Below, one piece after another: positions 25,073 through 35,560 of a DNA stretch of 45,763 nt. The position numbers and the translations under genes were made by a program. A model generated the notes under the pieces. It was not told the DNA's origin. It was given only the letters and a program-made list of their open reading frames with translations, and made no database searches. Position 1 is the stretch's first letter. Each line of letters opens with the position of its first letter. The DNA comes from a virus, in IMG/VR virus record IMGVR_UViG_3300045988_132303, one strand, 5' to 3'.

Positions 25073-25570
25073 ATGGCATACGCGGATTACAGCCGGTATA
25101 CGTCGATATACGGTGAAGGAAGCATATCTGAGATAGATTTCAACCGATTCTCATATGATGCATCGCGGTATATGGACTACTGCACAACCGGCGTGGACGG
25201 GGTGAAAAAACTTAAAATCGCGCACCCGACGGACGCTGACGATGCCGAGGCTGTGATCCGCTGTGCCTGTGCTCTTATACATGATATGTCCGAGATAGAT
25301 GCCGCAGAAAAACGCGCGGCATCCGTCCGGGGGTTTGTACAGCGCGAGGACGGCACCGTCACCGGGGCTGTCGTTTCGTCGGTATCATCCGGATCGGAAT
25401 CGATCAGCTACTCGGTATCATCCGGGCAGTCTGCGATAGATGCCGCTGCGGCAAGCGAGGATGAGCGCAGGAAGCTTTATTTTGCGACGGTAAGGAAATA
25501 CCTGTCCGGAGTAAAAGACGCAAATGGCGTGAATCTGCTGTACGGAGGGGCATATCCTTATGTACTCTGA
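25073..25570 (+). CDS. Head-tail connector/adaptor protein
   Basis: Position and size. N-terminal YADYSRYTSIYG pattern. Confidence 0.5.
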   Translation: MAYADYSRYTSIYGEGSISEIDFNRFSYDASRYMDYCTTGVDGVKKLKIAHPTDADDAEAVIRCACALIHDMSEIDAAEKRAASVRGFVQREDGTVTGAVVSSVSSGSESISYSVSSGQSAIDAAAASEDERRKLYFATVRKYLSGVKDANGVNLLYGGAYPYVL

Positions 25571-26015
25571 TACCGTCACCGTTTTCAATCGGTATGAATC
25601 TTCTCTCGGCGATACATGGTATCCCACAGTCATCGCCGGGGTTGATCTCAACATCGACAAGGCGGCGATACTTGCGAAATACGGCGCGGAATCTCAGGAT
25701 AAAGCGGTGCTGCATATAAAGTACACAAAGACTGACGGCGGCATATACGTCGCGGGGAAAAAGTGGCTTTCGCCCAAAGAGTGGGACAGGCAGACAAACG
25801 ACCTTCTGCCGAAGACCATCACCTTCACAAGCGAAGGCGAAGACAGCGACTTCTTCATGTGGGGAAAGTATGACACTGCCCCGGTTTCTGACGCGGATTT
25901 CGACAAGTACGACGGCTTTTACAACTATATGCTCAAAAAGCACGATTACGTCTTTACCGTCAGCTCTGCGGCTCTGTATACGGTGATACCGCACTTTGAG
26001 ATACTTGGGAGGTAG
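25560..26015 (+). CDS. Head closure / head-tail joining protein (tentative)
   Basis: Gene order. Confidence 0.4.
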   Translation: MYSDTVTVFNRYESSLGDTWYPTVIAGVDLNIDKAAILAKYGAESQDKAVLHIKYTKTDGGIYVAGKKWLSPKEWDRQTNDLLPKTITFTSEGEDSDFFMWGKYDTAPVSDADFDKYDGFYNYMLKKHDYVFTVSSAALYTVIPHFEILGR

Positions 26016-26017
26016 CT

Positions 26018-26488
26018 ATGGCGAAGTCCAAGAAAATCGAGGCGCTTAAATACACCGGAAACTTTACGATGATCGACGGCGACCTCAGAATCAAGGTGGA
26101 TTACAAACGCTTTTACGACCAGTTCAAGCGTGCGCAGTTTGAGCTTGACAACAACGTGATGAGCGGCATGAAGCCATTTATGCCAATGGACACAGGGACA
26201 TTCATACAACTTACTGAACAGGAAAGCATGGCTCTTGCCGGTTCCGGCGAGGTTGTCGCGGCTCATGCTCCTTACGGGCGATTCCTGTACTACGGCAAGC
26301 TGATGATTGACCCGGTGACGGAAAGCCCGTGGGCGCGTAAAGGCGCGAAAAAGGTTGTAAAAGTGCCGGAGGTTGAACTGACGTTTTCTAATCCGAAAGC
26401 CGTGCCGATGTGGTTTGAAGAAGCCAAAAAGCATTATGCGGCTGACTGGATAAGAAAAGCAAAAAAAACAGCCGGCGGAGGTGACTGA
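26018..26488 (+). CDS. Minor capsid / tail-completion protein (HK97 gp10-like, tentative)
   Basis: Gene order. MKPFMPMDTGTF motif. Confidence 0.45.
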   Translation: MAKSKKIEALKYTGNFTMIDGDLRIKVDYKRFYDQFKRAQFELDNNVMSGMKPFMPMDTGTFIQLTEQESMALAGSGEVVAAHAPYGRFLYYGKLMIDPVTESPWARKGAKKVVKVPEVELTFSNPKAVPMWFEEAKKHYAADWIRKAKKTAGGGD

Positions 26489-26988
26489 TGGCAGACCAAG
26501 AGTTAAAATATGATCTTGACGGTTACGAAGAAGTGACCGCCGCAATGCGCATACTGCTGAACAAATATCCGGGGCTTGCGATAGGGGACGAGATCGCATT
26601 TGCGACGCTCCCCGAAACGAGCGGGAAGGCGATGTATCCTATATCGAGCGCGGTTATAGCAACAGAGCGGGAAAGCATCACCGGACACGTAACGCAGACG
26701 TGTGTATACCCTCTGCACGTCATATACCGTGCGGCAAATCTGACTGAAGACCGCCGGGCGAGGATCAAGGAGTGGCTTGACAACCTCGGACGGTGGCTTG
26801 AGCGGCAGACGATCACGGTAGACGACACGGAGTATAAGCTCGACGGATACCCCGCGCTGACCGGAAACCGCGTGATTACGCAGGTACAGCGGCAGACAGC
26901 GGCATATCTCGACAGCGTAAACGAAAACAAAAGCGAAAACTGGGTGATATACATATCCGCTCAGTACAAAAATGAATTTGAAAGGTAG
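26488..26988 (+). CDS. Tail completion protein (tentative)
   Basis: Gene order. Confidence 0.4.
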   Translation: MADQELKYDLDGYEEVTAAMRILLNKYPGLAIGDEIAFATLPETSGKAMYPISSAVIATERESITGHVTQTCVYPLHVIYRAANLTEDRRARIKEWLDNLGRWLERQTITVDDTEYKLDGYPALTGNRVITQVQRQTAAYLDSVNENKSENWVIYISAQYKNEFER

Positions 26989-26994
26989 GATAAT

Positions 26995-27495
26995 ATGGCT
27001 ATAACCGGAAAAATCGAAAGAAAGTACATGGCGCATTACATTGATACTTCTTTCGGAAGCACAGCAAGCTGGGAAAGGCTCGGCAAAGACCTTGAGGAAT
27101 ACAGCATCGAGCTGAACCCCGACACCGAGACCAGCAAAAACATCCTCGGCGAATCGACCTTCAAGCACAACGGGTACGAGGTTTCCGCAGATGCAGATCC
27201 GTATTATGCGGAGGTCGGCGACGCGCTTTTCCTCAAGCTTCAGGACATCATCGACAACCGCACGACCGGAGACGGATGCAAGACCAAGGCTCTTGAGGTG
27301 CATCTCTGGGACGAGGATTCCACCACAAGCGGCTCTTTCACTGCATGGCAGCAGGACTGCTATGTCGTGCCGACCTCTTACGGCGGGGACACTTCGGGAT
27401 ATCAGATCCCGTTCACCGTATACTATACCGGCGAGAGAGTAAAGGGAAAGTTCGCACTGGCGACCAAAGCCTTTACAGCCGATTCATCGCTTTAA
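26995..27495 (+). CDS. Major tail protein
   Basis: 166 aa, directly upstream of the chaperone pair and the tape measure gene. Confidence 0.65.
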   Translation: MAITGKIERKYMAHYIDTSFGSTASWERLGKDLEEYSIELNPDTETSKNILGESTFKHNGYEVSADADPYYAEVGDALFLKLQDIIDNRTTGDGCKTKALEVHLWDEDSTTSGSFTAWQQDCYVVPTSYGGDTSGYQIPFTVYYTGERVKGKFALATKAFTADSSL

Positions 27496-27506
27496 GGAGA
27501 TAACAC

Positions 27507-27929
27507 ATGGACGAGAGAAGACTTACACTTGAGGTCGATACCGGAAAAATCATGATCGACCTGAAAGACGAAACCGGAGCAAAGATAGGAGAATTCGGGC
27601 TGAATCCGTCAGACGTCGGCATCGTTGACCGCTTCCGGGCGGTGATAGACTTTTTCAACGGCTATGGAGATTCAGAGGACGCAGACCCGCTTGACCGGGC
27701 ATCAGAGCTTAACCGGAAGATCGGGGAGCAGTTCGACTATCTTCTCGGCGAAAACGCGCACGAGGGGATTTTCGGGAAGGTAAGCGCTCTCTCTCTTAAC
27801 TCCGACGGCGACTTCTTCTTTGAGGGTATAATCGAGGGGCTTGGCGGTATCATCGAGCAGATAACCAAAAAGCGCGTCGATAAGAAGCTCAAAAAGATAA
27901 AGAAATATACGGATAAATACACAAAGTGA
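27507..27929 (+). CDS. Tail assembly chaperone
   Basis: Acidic protein between the major tail and tape measure genes. Confidence 0.5.
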   Translation: MDERRLTLEVDTGKIMIDLKDETGAKIGEFGLNPSDVGIVDRFRAVIDFFNGYGDSEDADPLDRASELNRKIGEQFDYLLGENAHEGIFGKVSALSLNSDGDFFFEGIIEGLGGIIEQITKKRVDKKLKKIKKYTDKYTK

Positions 27930-28486
27930 ATGTCTGGGAACTGCCCACATCCCTTGAAATCGGGGGTGTGGGCTTTGCCATTAGAAGCGACTTTCGCGCG
28001 GTGCTCGACGTACTGAAAGCCTTCAACGACCCCGACCTTGAGGATGACGAAAAGGCTATTGTGTGCCTGAAGATACTGTATGAGGACTTTGACAAAATCC
28101 CGCAGGAAAAGTACGAAGAAGCCTTTCAGAAAGCGGTGGAGTTTATCGACGCAGGAAGCACGTCAGACGACAGCCCCAAGCCCCGGCTCATGGACTGGGA
28201 GCAGGACGCGCCTATACTCATCCCTGCCGTAAACAAGGTTCTCGGCACAGAATGCCGTGTAGCACCGTATCTGCACTGGTGGACTTTCCTCGGAGCATAT
28301 ATGGAGATAGGCGAGGGGCTTTTCTCCAGCGTTATAAGCATCCGGAACAAGAAGGCAAAGGGAGAAAAGCTCGAAAAGTATGAGCGGACGTTTTACCGGG
28401 AAAACAAAAAGCTCGTTGATTTTGAAAAAAAGTACTCGGAAGAGGAATTGCAGGAGCAGGAGCGGCTTAAGGCTCTGCTCGGATAG
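27926..28486 (+). CDS. Phage Gp15-family protein (second tail chaperone-like protein)
   Basis: GFAIRSDFRAVLDVLKAFNDPDLEDDEKAIVCLKILY matches the Gp15 family pattern. GTGA-coupled start. Confidence 0.55.
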   Translation: MNVWELPTSLEIGGVGFAIRSDFRAVLDVLKAFNDPDLEDDEKAIVCLKILYEDFDKIPQEKYEEAFQKAVEFIDAGSTSDDSPKPRLMDWEQDAPILIPAVNKVLGTECRVAPYLHWWTFLGAYMEIGEGLFSSVISIRNKKAKGEKLEKYERTFYRENKKLVDFEKKYSEEELQEQERLKALLG

Positions 28487-28493
28487 GAGACAA

Positions 28494-31439
28494 ATGGCAA
28501 GGCACGCCGACGGAACAATAGTAATAAACACAGCCATCGAAACCGACGGCTTCAAAAAAGGCTCCAAGGACATGGAAGCCGCTTTCCGCAAGGCGGCACA
28601 CAACCTTGAGGGTGTAAGCGAAAAAATACAGATATCCATTGAGAAGTCCGTACAGGCTTTTGAGAAGCAGAATGCCGCATACAGGGAGCAGGAAGCGCGG
28701 GTTGAATCGCTCAAGGCGAAGATCGAGGAAGCGCAGAGCGAAAAGGTTGAATCTCAGGCTTTCACTGACATAAACAAGCAGATAGACGACTACCAGAAGA
28801 AGCTTGACGCGGCAATCGAGAAAGAAATCCGCTTCATGGAGACCGGAGGAAGCACCAGAAGCACGGCATATGAGCGCATGGAGTATGATATCGAGATGCT
28901 TCGGGAGAAAATAGCCGAGGCGAAAGCCGAAAAAGACCGGCTGTTGCAGTCCGGCGAAGCATACACCGGCGCGGACATCTCCGGTCTTACCTCTCAGCTG
29001 ACCGAAGCACAGGACAAGCTCGGACAGATGGGCGGGAAACTGGAAGTAACTTATGCTTCACTGCGTGAGAAACTGGGCGAGTACATAAGCTCAGAGCAAG
29101 AGGCGGCAATAGCGACGGCTGAAACGGCTGACAACACCGCTCAGGCGGCAACGACAACCTCGGAAATGTCTTCGGAGGTCGAACAGGCAGCCGTAAAGGG
29201 TAATATTTTCGCTCAGGCTTTCGAGCGCATAAAAGCCGTTTTTGCTACCATAGGGGCAATTCCTCAAAACGTCCGAGAATCCACAGCGGCTCTTGAAGAA
29301 TCGCTCGGTATAGTATCTCAGGTATCGGGAGAAGCGGAACAGGCGGCAGAATCCATAGGAGAAATGGCTGATGAAACCGAACGCGCGGCGGGAAGCGGTG
29401 TCGGTTTTTCCGGCGTTTATGAGAGAGTAAAAAACACCATGAACAATGCGGCGGGGGCGGTGAAAAAGTTTTTCGCAGGGATTAAAGGCTCCGGAAACCC
29501 GCTGAAAAAGTTTATCAAATACGGCTTGGGCATCGCGTCGGTCTATATGCTGTTTAATAAGCTCCGCGCAGCTATAAAGGATGGTATAAAAAACATCGTC
29601 CAGTTCGACAAGAAAACGAACACAAGCATTTCCGGCATACAGTCAGCATTTGCGAAGCTGAAAAACAACCTCACTGCAGCTATCGCTCCTTTGATAAATG
29701 CACTTGCGCCGTACATTATTAAAGTTGTAGATTGGCTTAATCAGGCAATAACCCAGCTTGCAATCTTTTTCGCACAGCTTACCGGGCAGAAAACGTATAT
29801 TCAGGCAAAGGATGTATGGAAGGATTATGCCCAAGGTCTCAAAGACACTTCAGCCGCCGCGAAGGAGGCAAAAAAGAACCTTTCCGGACTTGATGAGATA
29901 AAAACATGGGATTCCGGAAGCTTCGGAGGGAGCGGTGGTTCAGGCTCTGGCACAAAAGCGGAGGATATGTTTGTTACGAAGAAACTCGATTCTTCCCTTG
30001 GAGACATAGATTGGAAGAGCTTTGGTGCAAAAATATCCGACGGATTTATAAATGTTATGTCAAAAACAGCCACATGGCTGGATAATATTCCGTGGGATGA
30101 TATTGGGACAAAAATTGGAGATACGATAAAGGGGATAGATTGGGGAGGTGTTCTTGTCGGCTTAAGTGGAGTTGTTTATAATTTAATAAATGGCATTTCG
30201 GAGGCGATTAGCGGCTTGGGGCGATCGTTGTCAGGCGGAGAATTAGATTTGCCGTCAATGGACGATACTATTCAAGGCAAGTTAAGCGACTGGGAGAGAT
30301 TCCAGTACATAATGAAAAAAATAACCAGTGACATAAGCCTAAAAGAGTTCAAGGACTACTGGGGGTATGTTCCATCGTTCGCGGACTATACCGATGCTTT
30401 TTTGACTTCTGGCGGGCTTGAAACTTTATATGATCGTTTCAAGGAAGCGGAAGAAGCGGCAAGATCGAAGAAAATCACCAAGACGCTTAAGGTAAACGAA
30501 AAAGCACTTGAAAAGATCAGAAGTTTGCTTCTTCTAACTGACAGAGACATTGCTATGATTAACGCTGAAATCATAGATTCAGGAGAGGTTTGGAGTATAT
30601 ATGCTGTAATAGAAAAAGCTTATTCCCGCGGACTTATCACTTATGATATGTATCATAAAGCCTTGATAAGAGCAACAAACGATTTCGAAAACTTTAATCA
30701 AGGGCAAGAAGAGGTTAACAAGCGCGCGGCTGAAAACGCTATTGGTACTTCTACTGCAATTCAGGATATCGTAAAAAGAACGGTTGAGAATGCAAAAGCG
30801 GGAGGGCAGGAAGCAGGGAGATCATACGCGGAGGGTTTTGAGTTAGAACTGCGCAATGGCAAGCTATCAATAATTAAAGCCGGCGAAACAATTATTGATG
30901 ATATACGAAAAAACAGCAAGAATCTTATATCTCAGCTTGTATCAACTTTCGGAAAACAAGCTCTTGAAAGAGCAAATCAAAAGGCTGCAAAAGCGGCAGG
31001 AGAAGCAATCGGAGATGCGCTTGGAAACGGAATAATAAGTTCTGTTAACCAAACCAATACACACGTCGCAGATTATACGGAGTTCTTGATCGGACAGCTT
31101 GAGGACAGCATGAAGCCCGGAGAGGATTATTACAAGAAAAAAGCGGCAATACGCAAACTAAAGTCTTTTACCGTTCCATATCTTGCATCCGGCGCGGTGA
31201 TCCCTCCGAATGCGCCGTTTACGGCAGTTCTCGGCGATCAGAAGCACGGGACGAACGTCGAAGCACCGCTTGAGACCATAAAACAGGCACTGCGGGAAGT
31301 GCTCGGCTCCGGCACCGGCGGCGGGAACACTTACAACATCACCGCGACGGCGAATGGAAAAACGCTTTTCCAGCTTCTGCTTGAGGAGGGGCGCAACGCG
31401 CAGATGCAGACCGGGAAGAATCCCTTCCTGCTTGCATAA
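28494..31439 (+). CDS. Tape measure protein
   Basis: 981 aa. Long coiled coils and a central hydrophobic segment. Start at ATG 28494. Confidence 0.85.
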   Translation: MARHADGTIVINTAIETDGFKKGSKDMEAAFRKAAHNLEGVSEKIQISIEKSVQAFEKQNAAYREQEARVESLKAKIEEAQSEKVESQAFTDINKQIDDYQKKLDAAIEKEIRFMETGGSTRSTAYERMEYDIEMLREKIAEAKAEKDRLLQSGEAYTGADISGLTSQLTEAQDKLGQMGGKLEVTYASLREKLGEYISSEQEAAIATAETADNTAQAATTTSEMSSEVEQAAVKGNIFAQAFERIKAVFATIGAIPQNVRESTAALEESLGIVSQVSGEAEQAAESIGEMADETERAAGSGVGFSGVYERVKNTMNNAAGAVKKFFAGIKGSGNPLKKFIKYGLGIASVYMLFNKLRAAIKDGIKNIVQFDKKTNTSISGIQSAFAKLKNNLTAAIAPLINALAPYIIKVVDWLNQAITQLAIFFAQLTGQKTYIQAKDVWKDYAQGLKDTSAAAKEAKKNLSGLDEIKTWDSGSFGGSGGSGSGTKAEDMFVTKKLDSSLGDIDWKSFGAKISDGFINVMSKTATWLDNIPWDDIGTKIGDTIKGIDWGGVLVGLSGVVYNLINGISEAISGLGRSLSGGELDLPSMDDTIQGKLSDWERFQYIMKKITSDISLKEFKDYWGYVPSFADYTDAFLTSGGLETLYDRFKEAEEAARSKKITKTLKVNEKALEKIRSLLLLTDRDIAMINAEIIDSGEVWSIYAVIEKAYSRGLITYDMYHKALIRATNDFENFNQGQEEVNKRAAENAIGTSTAIQDIVKRTVENAKAGGQEAGRSYAEGFELELRNGKLSIIKAGETIIDDIRKNSKNLISQLVSTFGKQALERANQKAAKAAGEAIGDALGNGIISSVNQTNTHVADYTEFLIGQLEDSMKPGEDYYKKKAAIRKLKSFTVPYLASGAVIPPNAPFTAVLGDQKHGTNVEAPLETIKQALREVLGSGTGGGNTYNITATANGKTLFQLLLEEGRNAQMQTGKNPFLLA

Positions 31440-31448
31440 GGAGGATAT

Positions 31449-31826
31449 ATGGCACAGGACAAAATCAAGATAAACGGAATTACCATAAGACAGCCCGACG
31501 AGGGGCTTGGGTACGACTTCGAGACTACCTATGACGAAAGCGCAAAGAGAGCGCAGAACGGCAAGCTCAAGGCTTCAAGGCTTTTCACTGTCGAAGCCCT
31601 GAGCTATGCCGCAAGCAATCTTACGCTTGACGAGATGAAAACCATCCTTCAGCAGGTGGCAAAGGGAAGCTCTTTCACGCTTCACTATTTCTCGCCTTAC
31701 TATGGTGCGTGGAGAGACGGAAAATTTTACGTCGGGCGCGGGAATCTTTCGATAGGTCGGCTTATCGAGGGAGGGGAAGTGTATGAAAGCCTGTCGATAC
31801 AGATGACGGGGGTGAATCCTATATGA
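31449..31826 (+). CDS. Small distal-tail-type protein (tentative)
   Basis: Lies directly after the tape measure gene. Confidence 0.4.
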   Translation: MAQDKIKINGITIRQPDEGLGYDFETTYDESAKRAQNGKLKASRLFTVEALSYAASNLTLDEMKTILQQVAKGSSFTLHYFSPYYGAWRDGKFYVGRGNLSIGRLIEGGEVYESLSIQMTGVNPI

Positions 31827-33304
31827 TATCGGTATCTGACGCCTTCAAGGAGGCGATGAAAGACCGGTCGGATTACAGGTGTAGCGCGACAATCACCCTC
31901 GCAAACGGCACGGTTCTGACGCTTGCGGAGAACGATTTCTCGATCATGGGAAACAAGGTGTCAGAAGGGGCAGAATCTGACGGTCTGCCCCTCGGAGAAG
32001 CAATCAGCAGGAGCATATCGCTTGAACTGCTGAACTTCGACGGCGCGCTTAGTGCATACTCCTTCACCGGGGCAAAGATCGAGCTGCATCTTCTTTTCGC
32101 TCTTGACGGAGGCACGGAAGATGTACTCATGGGAATCTTTACGGTACTGACACCCGAAACCCCCGGCACGATAATCTCCATCACCGCCAACGACGATATG
32201 TACCTCACGGACAAGGAGTACGACACCGCGCTGTCTTATCCGGCAACGCTTTCGGAAATCTTCGTCGATGTCTGCAATCGGTGCGGTCTTGCTCACGGAA
32301 GCGACAGCTTTGTAAACAGCGACTTTGAAGTGACGGCAAAGCCGGACGGATATACTTACCGAAAGGTTCTCGGCATGGTGGCGATGCTTGCCGGAGGAAA
32401 TGCCAGGATAAACCGCGCCGGGGAGCTTGAGATCATCACATACAGCTTTGCTTCTCCTGCCGTGCAGACGGTAGAGGACTGGATCAAACTGACTGTCGCG
32501 ACGGATGATATCACGATAACCGGCATTTCGGCGATAGCCTCTCAGGTGGTTGACGGAAAAATCGTCCGGAACCGCGTCATATCCGGAACTGACGGATATG
32601 TGATAGAGCTTGAAAACCCGCTGATGGACGGCAAAGAAGCCGAGGCGGTGAATGCGCTCAACAGCATCTTCGTCGGGAAAACTCTCCGGAAGTTCGACGG
32701 AGAGATAGGAGGATATCCTCTCGCGGAGTTTATGGACACGATCAGCGTGAAAGACCGGAACGGGACGGAATATTTCTCTGTCGTGACGGATATGTCCTTT
32801 ACTTTTCTCGGCATGACAAGCATCAAAAACTCTGCCGCGTCCGAGATGCGCGTAAACAGCACCTTCGACGTATCAAAGGACGTCGGAAAGCTGATCGATA
32901 ACGAGCGGACGGAAAGAATTGCCCAGATTACAAAAACCGAGGAGGGACTGCGCTTCGATGTAGCCCAGCTGTCTCAGCAGGTCGCGATGACCATGACGGC
33001 AGACCAAGTCAGAATCGCGATCTCGGAAGCTGTCGGGGACATAAACTCGGTGACGACTGAAACCGGATATACCTTCGACAAAGACGGTCTGCGGATAAAG
33101 AAAAGCGGAGAGGAAATAGAGAACCTTCTCGACAACACCGGTATGTACGTAAACCGTGACGACGAAAACATCCTGACGGCAAATAACGAGGGCGTGAGCG
33201 CGATAAACGTCAGCGTGAGAAAGTACCTGATTATCGGCAAAAACTCGCGTCTTGAGGACTATGACGGCACACGTACAGCGTGCTTCTGGATAGGAGGAAC
33301 ATGA
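31823..33304 (+). CDS. Tail tip / tail-associated protein (Tal-like N-terminus, tentative)
   Basis: Gene order and size (493 aa). Confidence 0.5.
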   Translation: MISVSDAFKEAMKDRSDYRCSATITLANGTVLTLAENDFSIMGNKVSEGAESDGLPLGEAISRSISLELLNFDGALSAYSFTGAKIELHLLFALDGGTEDVLMGIFTVLTPETPGTIISITANDDMYLTDKEYDTALSYPATLSEIFVDVCNRCGLAHGSDSFVNSDFEVTAKPDGYTYRKVLGMVAMLAGGNARINRAGELEIITYSFASPAVQTVEDWIKLTVATDDITITGISAIASQVVDGKIVRNRVISGTDGYVIELENPLMDGKEAEAVNALNSIFVGKTLRKFDGEIGGYPLAEFMDTISVKDRNGTEYFSVVTDMSFTFLGMTSIKNSAASEMRVNSTFDVSKDVGKLIDNERTERIAQITKTEEGLRFDVAQLSQQVAMTMTADQVRIAISEAVGDINSVTTETGYTFDKDGLRIKKSGEEIENLLDNTGMYVNRDDENILTANNEGVSAINVSVRKYLIIGKNSRLEDYDGTRTACFWIGGT

Positions 33305-35205
33305 TGGAACTTACAAGCACATATCAATACCTCGGACGGTCGGCAAAGATCGCACCGCAGAGCGGCAACTATGGCTTTTATATCCTGCTTTACGGGAAAT
33401 CAACGCCGAACACCGTGACAGGATATCACACGGTATCAACAAAAATGGTGCTTGCGTGTACTATAAACTCGGAGTTTTACCAATACGGCACGACATACAC
33501 CGGAACGATAAACGGCGCGTCGGCTTTTTCCGGCACGAACGAGCCTTCTGCCGCGTGGGAGCTGTCGGCATTTTCCGAGGGCGGGTACAGCTATAAAAAA
33601 GGCACTGTTATCGACGAGGGAACCGTGTACGTTGACTGCACTGACGGATATGCGAAAAACATCCCGCTCTATGGGAAGTGGACTTTCACGGTAAACGGTA
33701 CGACATACACCCCGGCAAAGAACGCAAGCGGGACGGTGTCGGTCACTGCGACACTTCCGGCAATCGCGAGAAAAAGCACCGTGACGGCAACGGATGCTTA
33801 TATCGGTGCGGCAAGCACTATCGTTATAAACAAGAGCAACAATGCGTATACCAGCACCCTTTCATACCGGTATTATGGGCAGAGCACGTACACCGAGATC
33901 GTATCCAAAACCGCCGCGACACAGTACGGATGGACGGTGCCGGAGGCGGCATATCAGCTGATACCAAACAGCCGGGAAATCAAGATATACATCCGGTGCG
34001 AAACCTTCAACGGCTCGACCAGTATGGGGACGAGCGAGACATATCTCACCGCATCCGTGAGGGAAAGCATCAATGCTCCGGAAGCCTCTGCAACCGCGCA
34101 GGATGTAAACACAAAGGCAACAGCCCTCACAGGAGCCGCCGCAACGCTCATTAAGGGCGTTTCCAATCTTCGGGTACAGACAACCGCGACGGCAAAGAAC
34201 GGCGCTTCCGTGGCTTCTGCGCGCGTCACGTGCGGCGGCATAAGCGCAATCGGAACTGACGTCACCCTCAACGCCGTCGAAAGCAGTGCCGTCACCGTCA
34301 GCGTGACCGACAGCAGAGGGCTTACAACCGCCATACAGCTTGCTGGGCTTAGTATGGTGAACTATATACCCCTCACACTCAATCCGACCGTACAGCGCGA
34401 ATCTGCGGGTTCTGACGTGGTGTCGGTAAGTGCAACCGGAAACTTTTTCTCCGGCTCCTTCGGCGCGGTTGCAAACACTCTCACGGTAAAGGTGAGGGTA
34501 AAGCCCGACGGCGGTTCTTACGGCGATTATACGGAAATCACGGCATCGTCGGTCGGGAACACATACACCGCATCCGGTAACGTGTCGGGGGTGTCCTATA
34601 CTGCCGTAAATGACGTGGAAGTGACCGCGTATGATAAGATATACACCGAAGGGAAAACCGCCGTATATCGCGTAAATAAGGGTGTTCCCGTCTTTGACTG
34701 GGGCGAAAACGATTTCCGCTTCAATGTCCCGGTCAGCATCGACGGGAACCTTACGGCAAAGAAGATCACCGGCACACAAGGGGAGTTTTCCGGCGCAATG
34801 GCGGTCAAATCTCTGACCGTCAACGGAAAAACCTTTTCCGACTATGTCATCTCCAGATATACAAGCGGTATATGGAAGGTGTGCAAGTGGAGTTCCGGCT
34901 TCTGCGAACTGTGGGGTACATACTCAAAGACCGTAAACATTTCCACAGCATGGAACGGTATGTACATCAAGGACGACGCGATACCGAATCAGACCTTCCC
35001 GGTGACCTTCACAAGCATCCCGACGGTCACGGCGACGCCGCATATATACGGCGGTCAGCGTTTCGGTTTGCTCACCGGCTCCGGTGATACAGAGACATCC
35101 AAGCCGTCAAAGACCGGAACCGGCGCGTGGGGTGTTTTCCGCATGAATAACCAGTCAAACATCACCATCGGTGCGGATTTTTACGTCGCAGGGTATATCT
35201 CTTAA
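33301..35205 (+). CDS. Tail structural protein, Thr/Ser-rich beta repeats (DUF859-like, tentative)
   Basis: Gene order. Repeated TVSVTA/TVTAT-type beta segments. Confidence 0.45.
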   Translation: MMELTSTYQYLGRSAKIAPQSGNYGFYILLYGKSTPNTVTGYHTVSTKMVLACTINSEFYQYGTTYTGTINGASAFSGTNEPSAAWELSAFSEGGYSYKKGTVIDEGTVYVDCTDGYAKNIPLYGKWTFTVNGTTYTPAKNASGTVSVTATLPAIARKSTVTATDAYIGAASTIVINKSNNAYTSTLSYRYYGQSTYTEIVSKTAATQYGWTVPEAAYQLIPNSREIKIYIRCETFNGSTSMGTSETYLTASVRESINAPEASATAQDVNTKATALTGAAATLIKGVSNLRVQTTATAKNGASVASARVTCGGISAIGTDVTLNAVESSAVTVSVTDSRGLTTAIQLAGLSMVNYIPLTLNPTVQRESAGSDVVSVSATGNFFSGSFGAVANTLTVKVRVKPDGGSYGDYTEITASSVGNTYTASGNVSGVSYTAVNDVEVTAYDKIYTEGKTAVYRVNKGVPVFDWGENDFRFNVPVSIDGNLTAKKITGTQGEFSGAMAVKSLTVNGKTFSDYVISRYTSGIWKVCKWSSGFCELWGTYSKTVNISTAWNGMYIKDDAIPNQTFPVTFTSIPTVTATPHIYGGQRFGLLTGSGDTETSKPSKTGTGAWGVFRMNNQSNITIGADFYVAGYIS

Positions 35206-35207
35206 TC

Positions 35208-35245
35208 AATGCGTATTTGCAATATCAAAGAAAGTGTAGGATAAT
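35208..35245 (+). promoter_or_regulatory. Putative promoter with AATGCGTATT box, ahead of the fibre genes
   Basis: caATGCGTATTTGCAA-17 nt-GATAAT. Confidence 0.5.
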
Positions 35246-35251
35246 GAAGTC

Positions 35252-35560
35252 ATGAGACAAGGAACCACACCCACAATCAAGATGATACTGCCGGATGAAA
35301 TCAATGTAACGGCGGTAAAAGAAGCTGTTCTGACCATAGCACAGCACGGAAAAGAGAAAATAAAGATATCTCTTGCGGGCATGAAGGTCGGCGCGGACGA
35401 CAACTCGCTGACCGTGACCCTTTTGCAGGGCGAAACTCTTGCGCTTGATAAGCTATGCGCGGCAGAAATACAGTTGAAAATCAAAATCGGAACGACCGTG
35501 ACGGCGTCGAACATAATATACGTCCCGGTAAGTGAAATACTGAACAAGGAGGAAATATGA
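35252..35560 (+). CDS. Hypothetical tail-associated protein
   Basis: Gene order. Confidence 0.4.
   Translation: MRQGTTPTIKMILPDEINVTAVKEAVLTIAQHGKEKIKISLAGMKVGADDNSLTVTLLQGETLALDKLCAAEIQLKIKIGTTVTASNIIYVPVSEILNKEEI

Noticed and set aside
27880-27930. Possible programmed -1 frameshift joining the two tail-chaperone ORFs (27507..27929 and 27926..28486), as in many siphoviruses
   Set aside because: The downstream frame is -1 relative to the first, but it has a TAA at 27914-27916. That leaves only about 12 nt with no slippery heptamer. The second ORF has its own GTG in a GTGA overlap, so simple translational coupling explains it.
33862-34779. 305-aa minus-strand ORF inside the tail gene 33301..35205, plus similar antisense ORFs such as 9050..9742, 16755..17399, 18726..19454 and 25404..25994
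   Set aside because: Same antisense-shadow composition. They overlap well-supported + strand genes that are in operon register.
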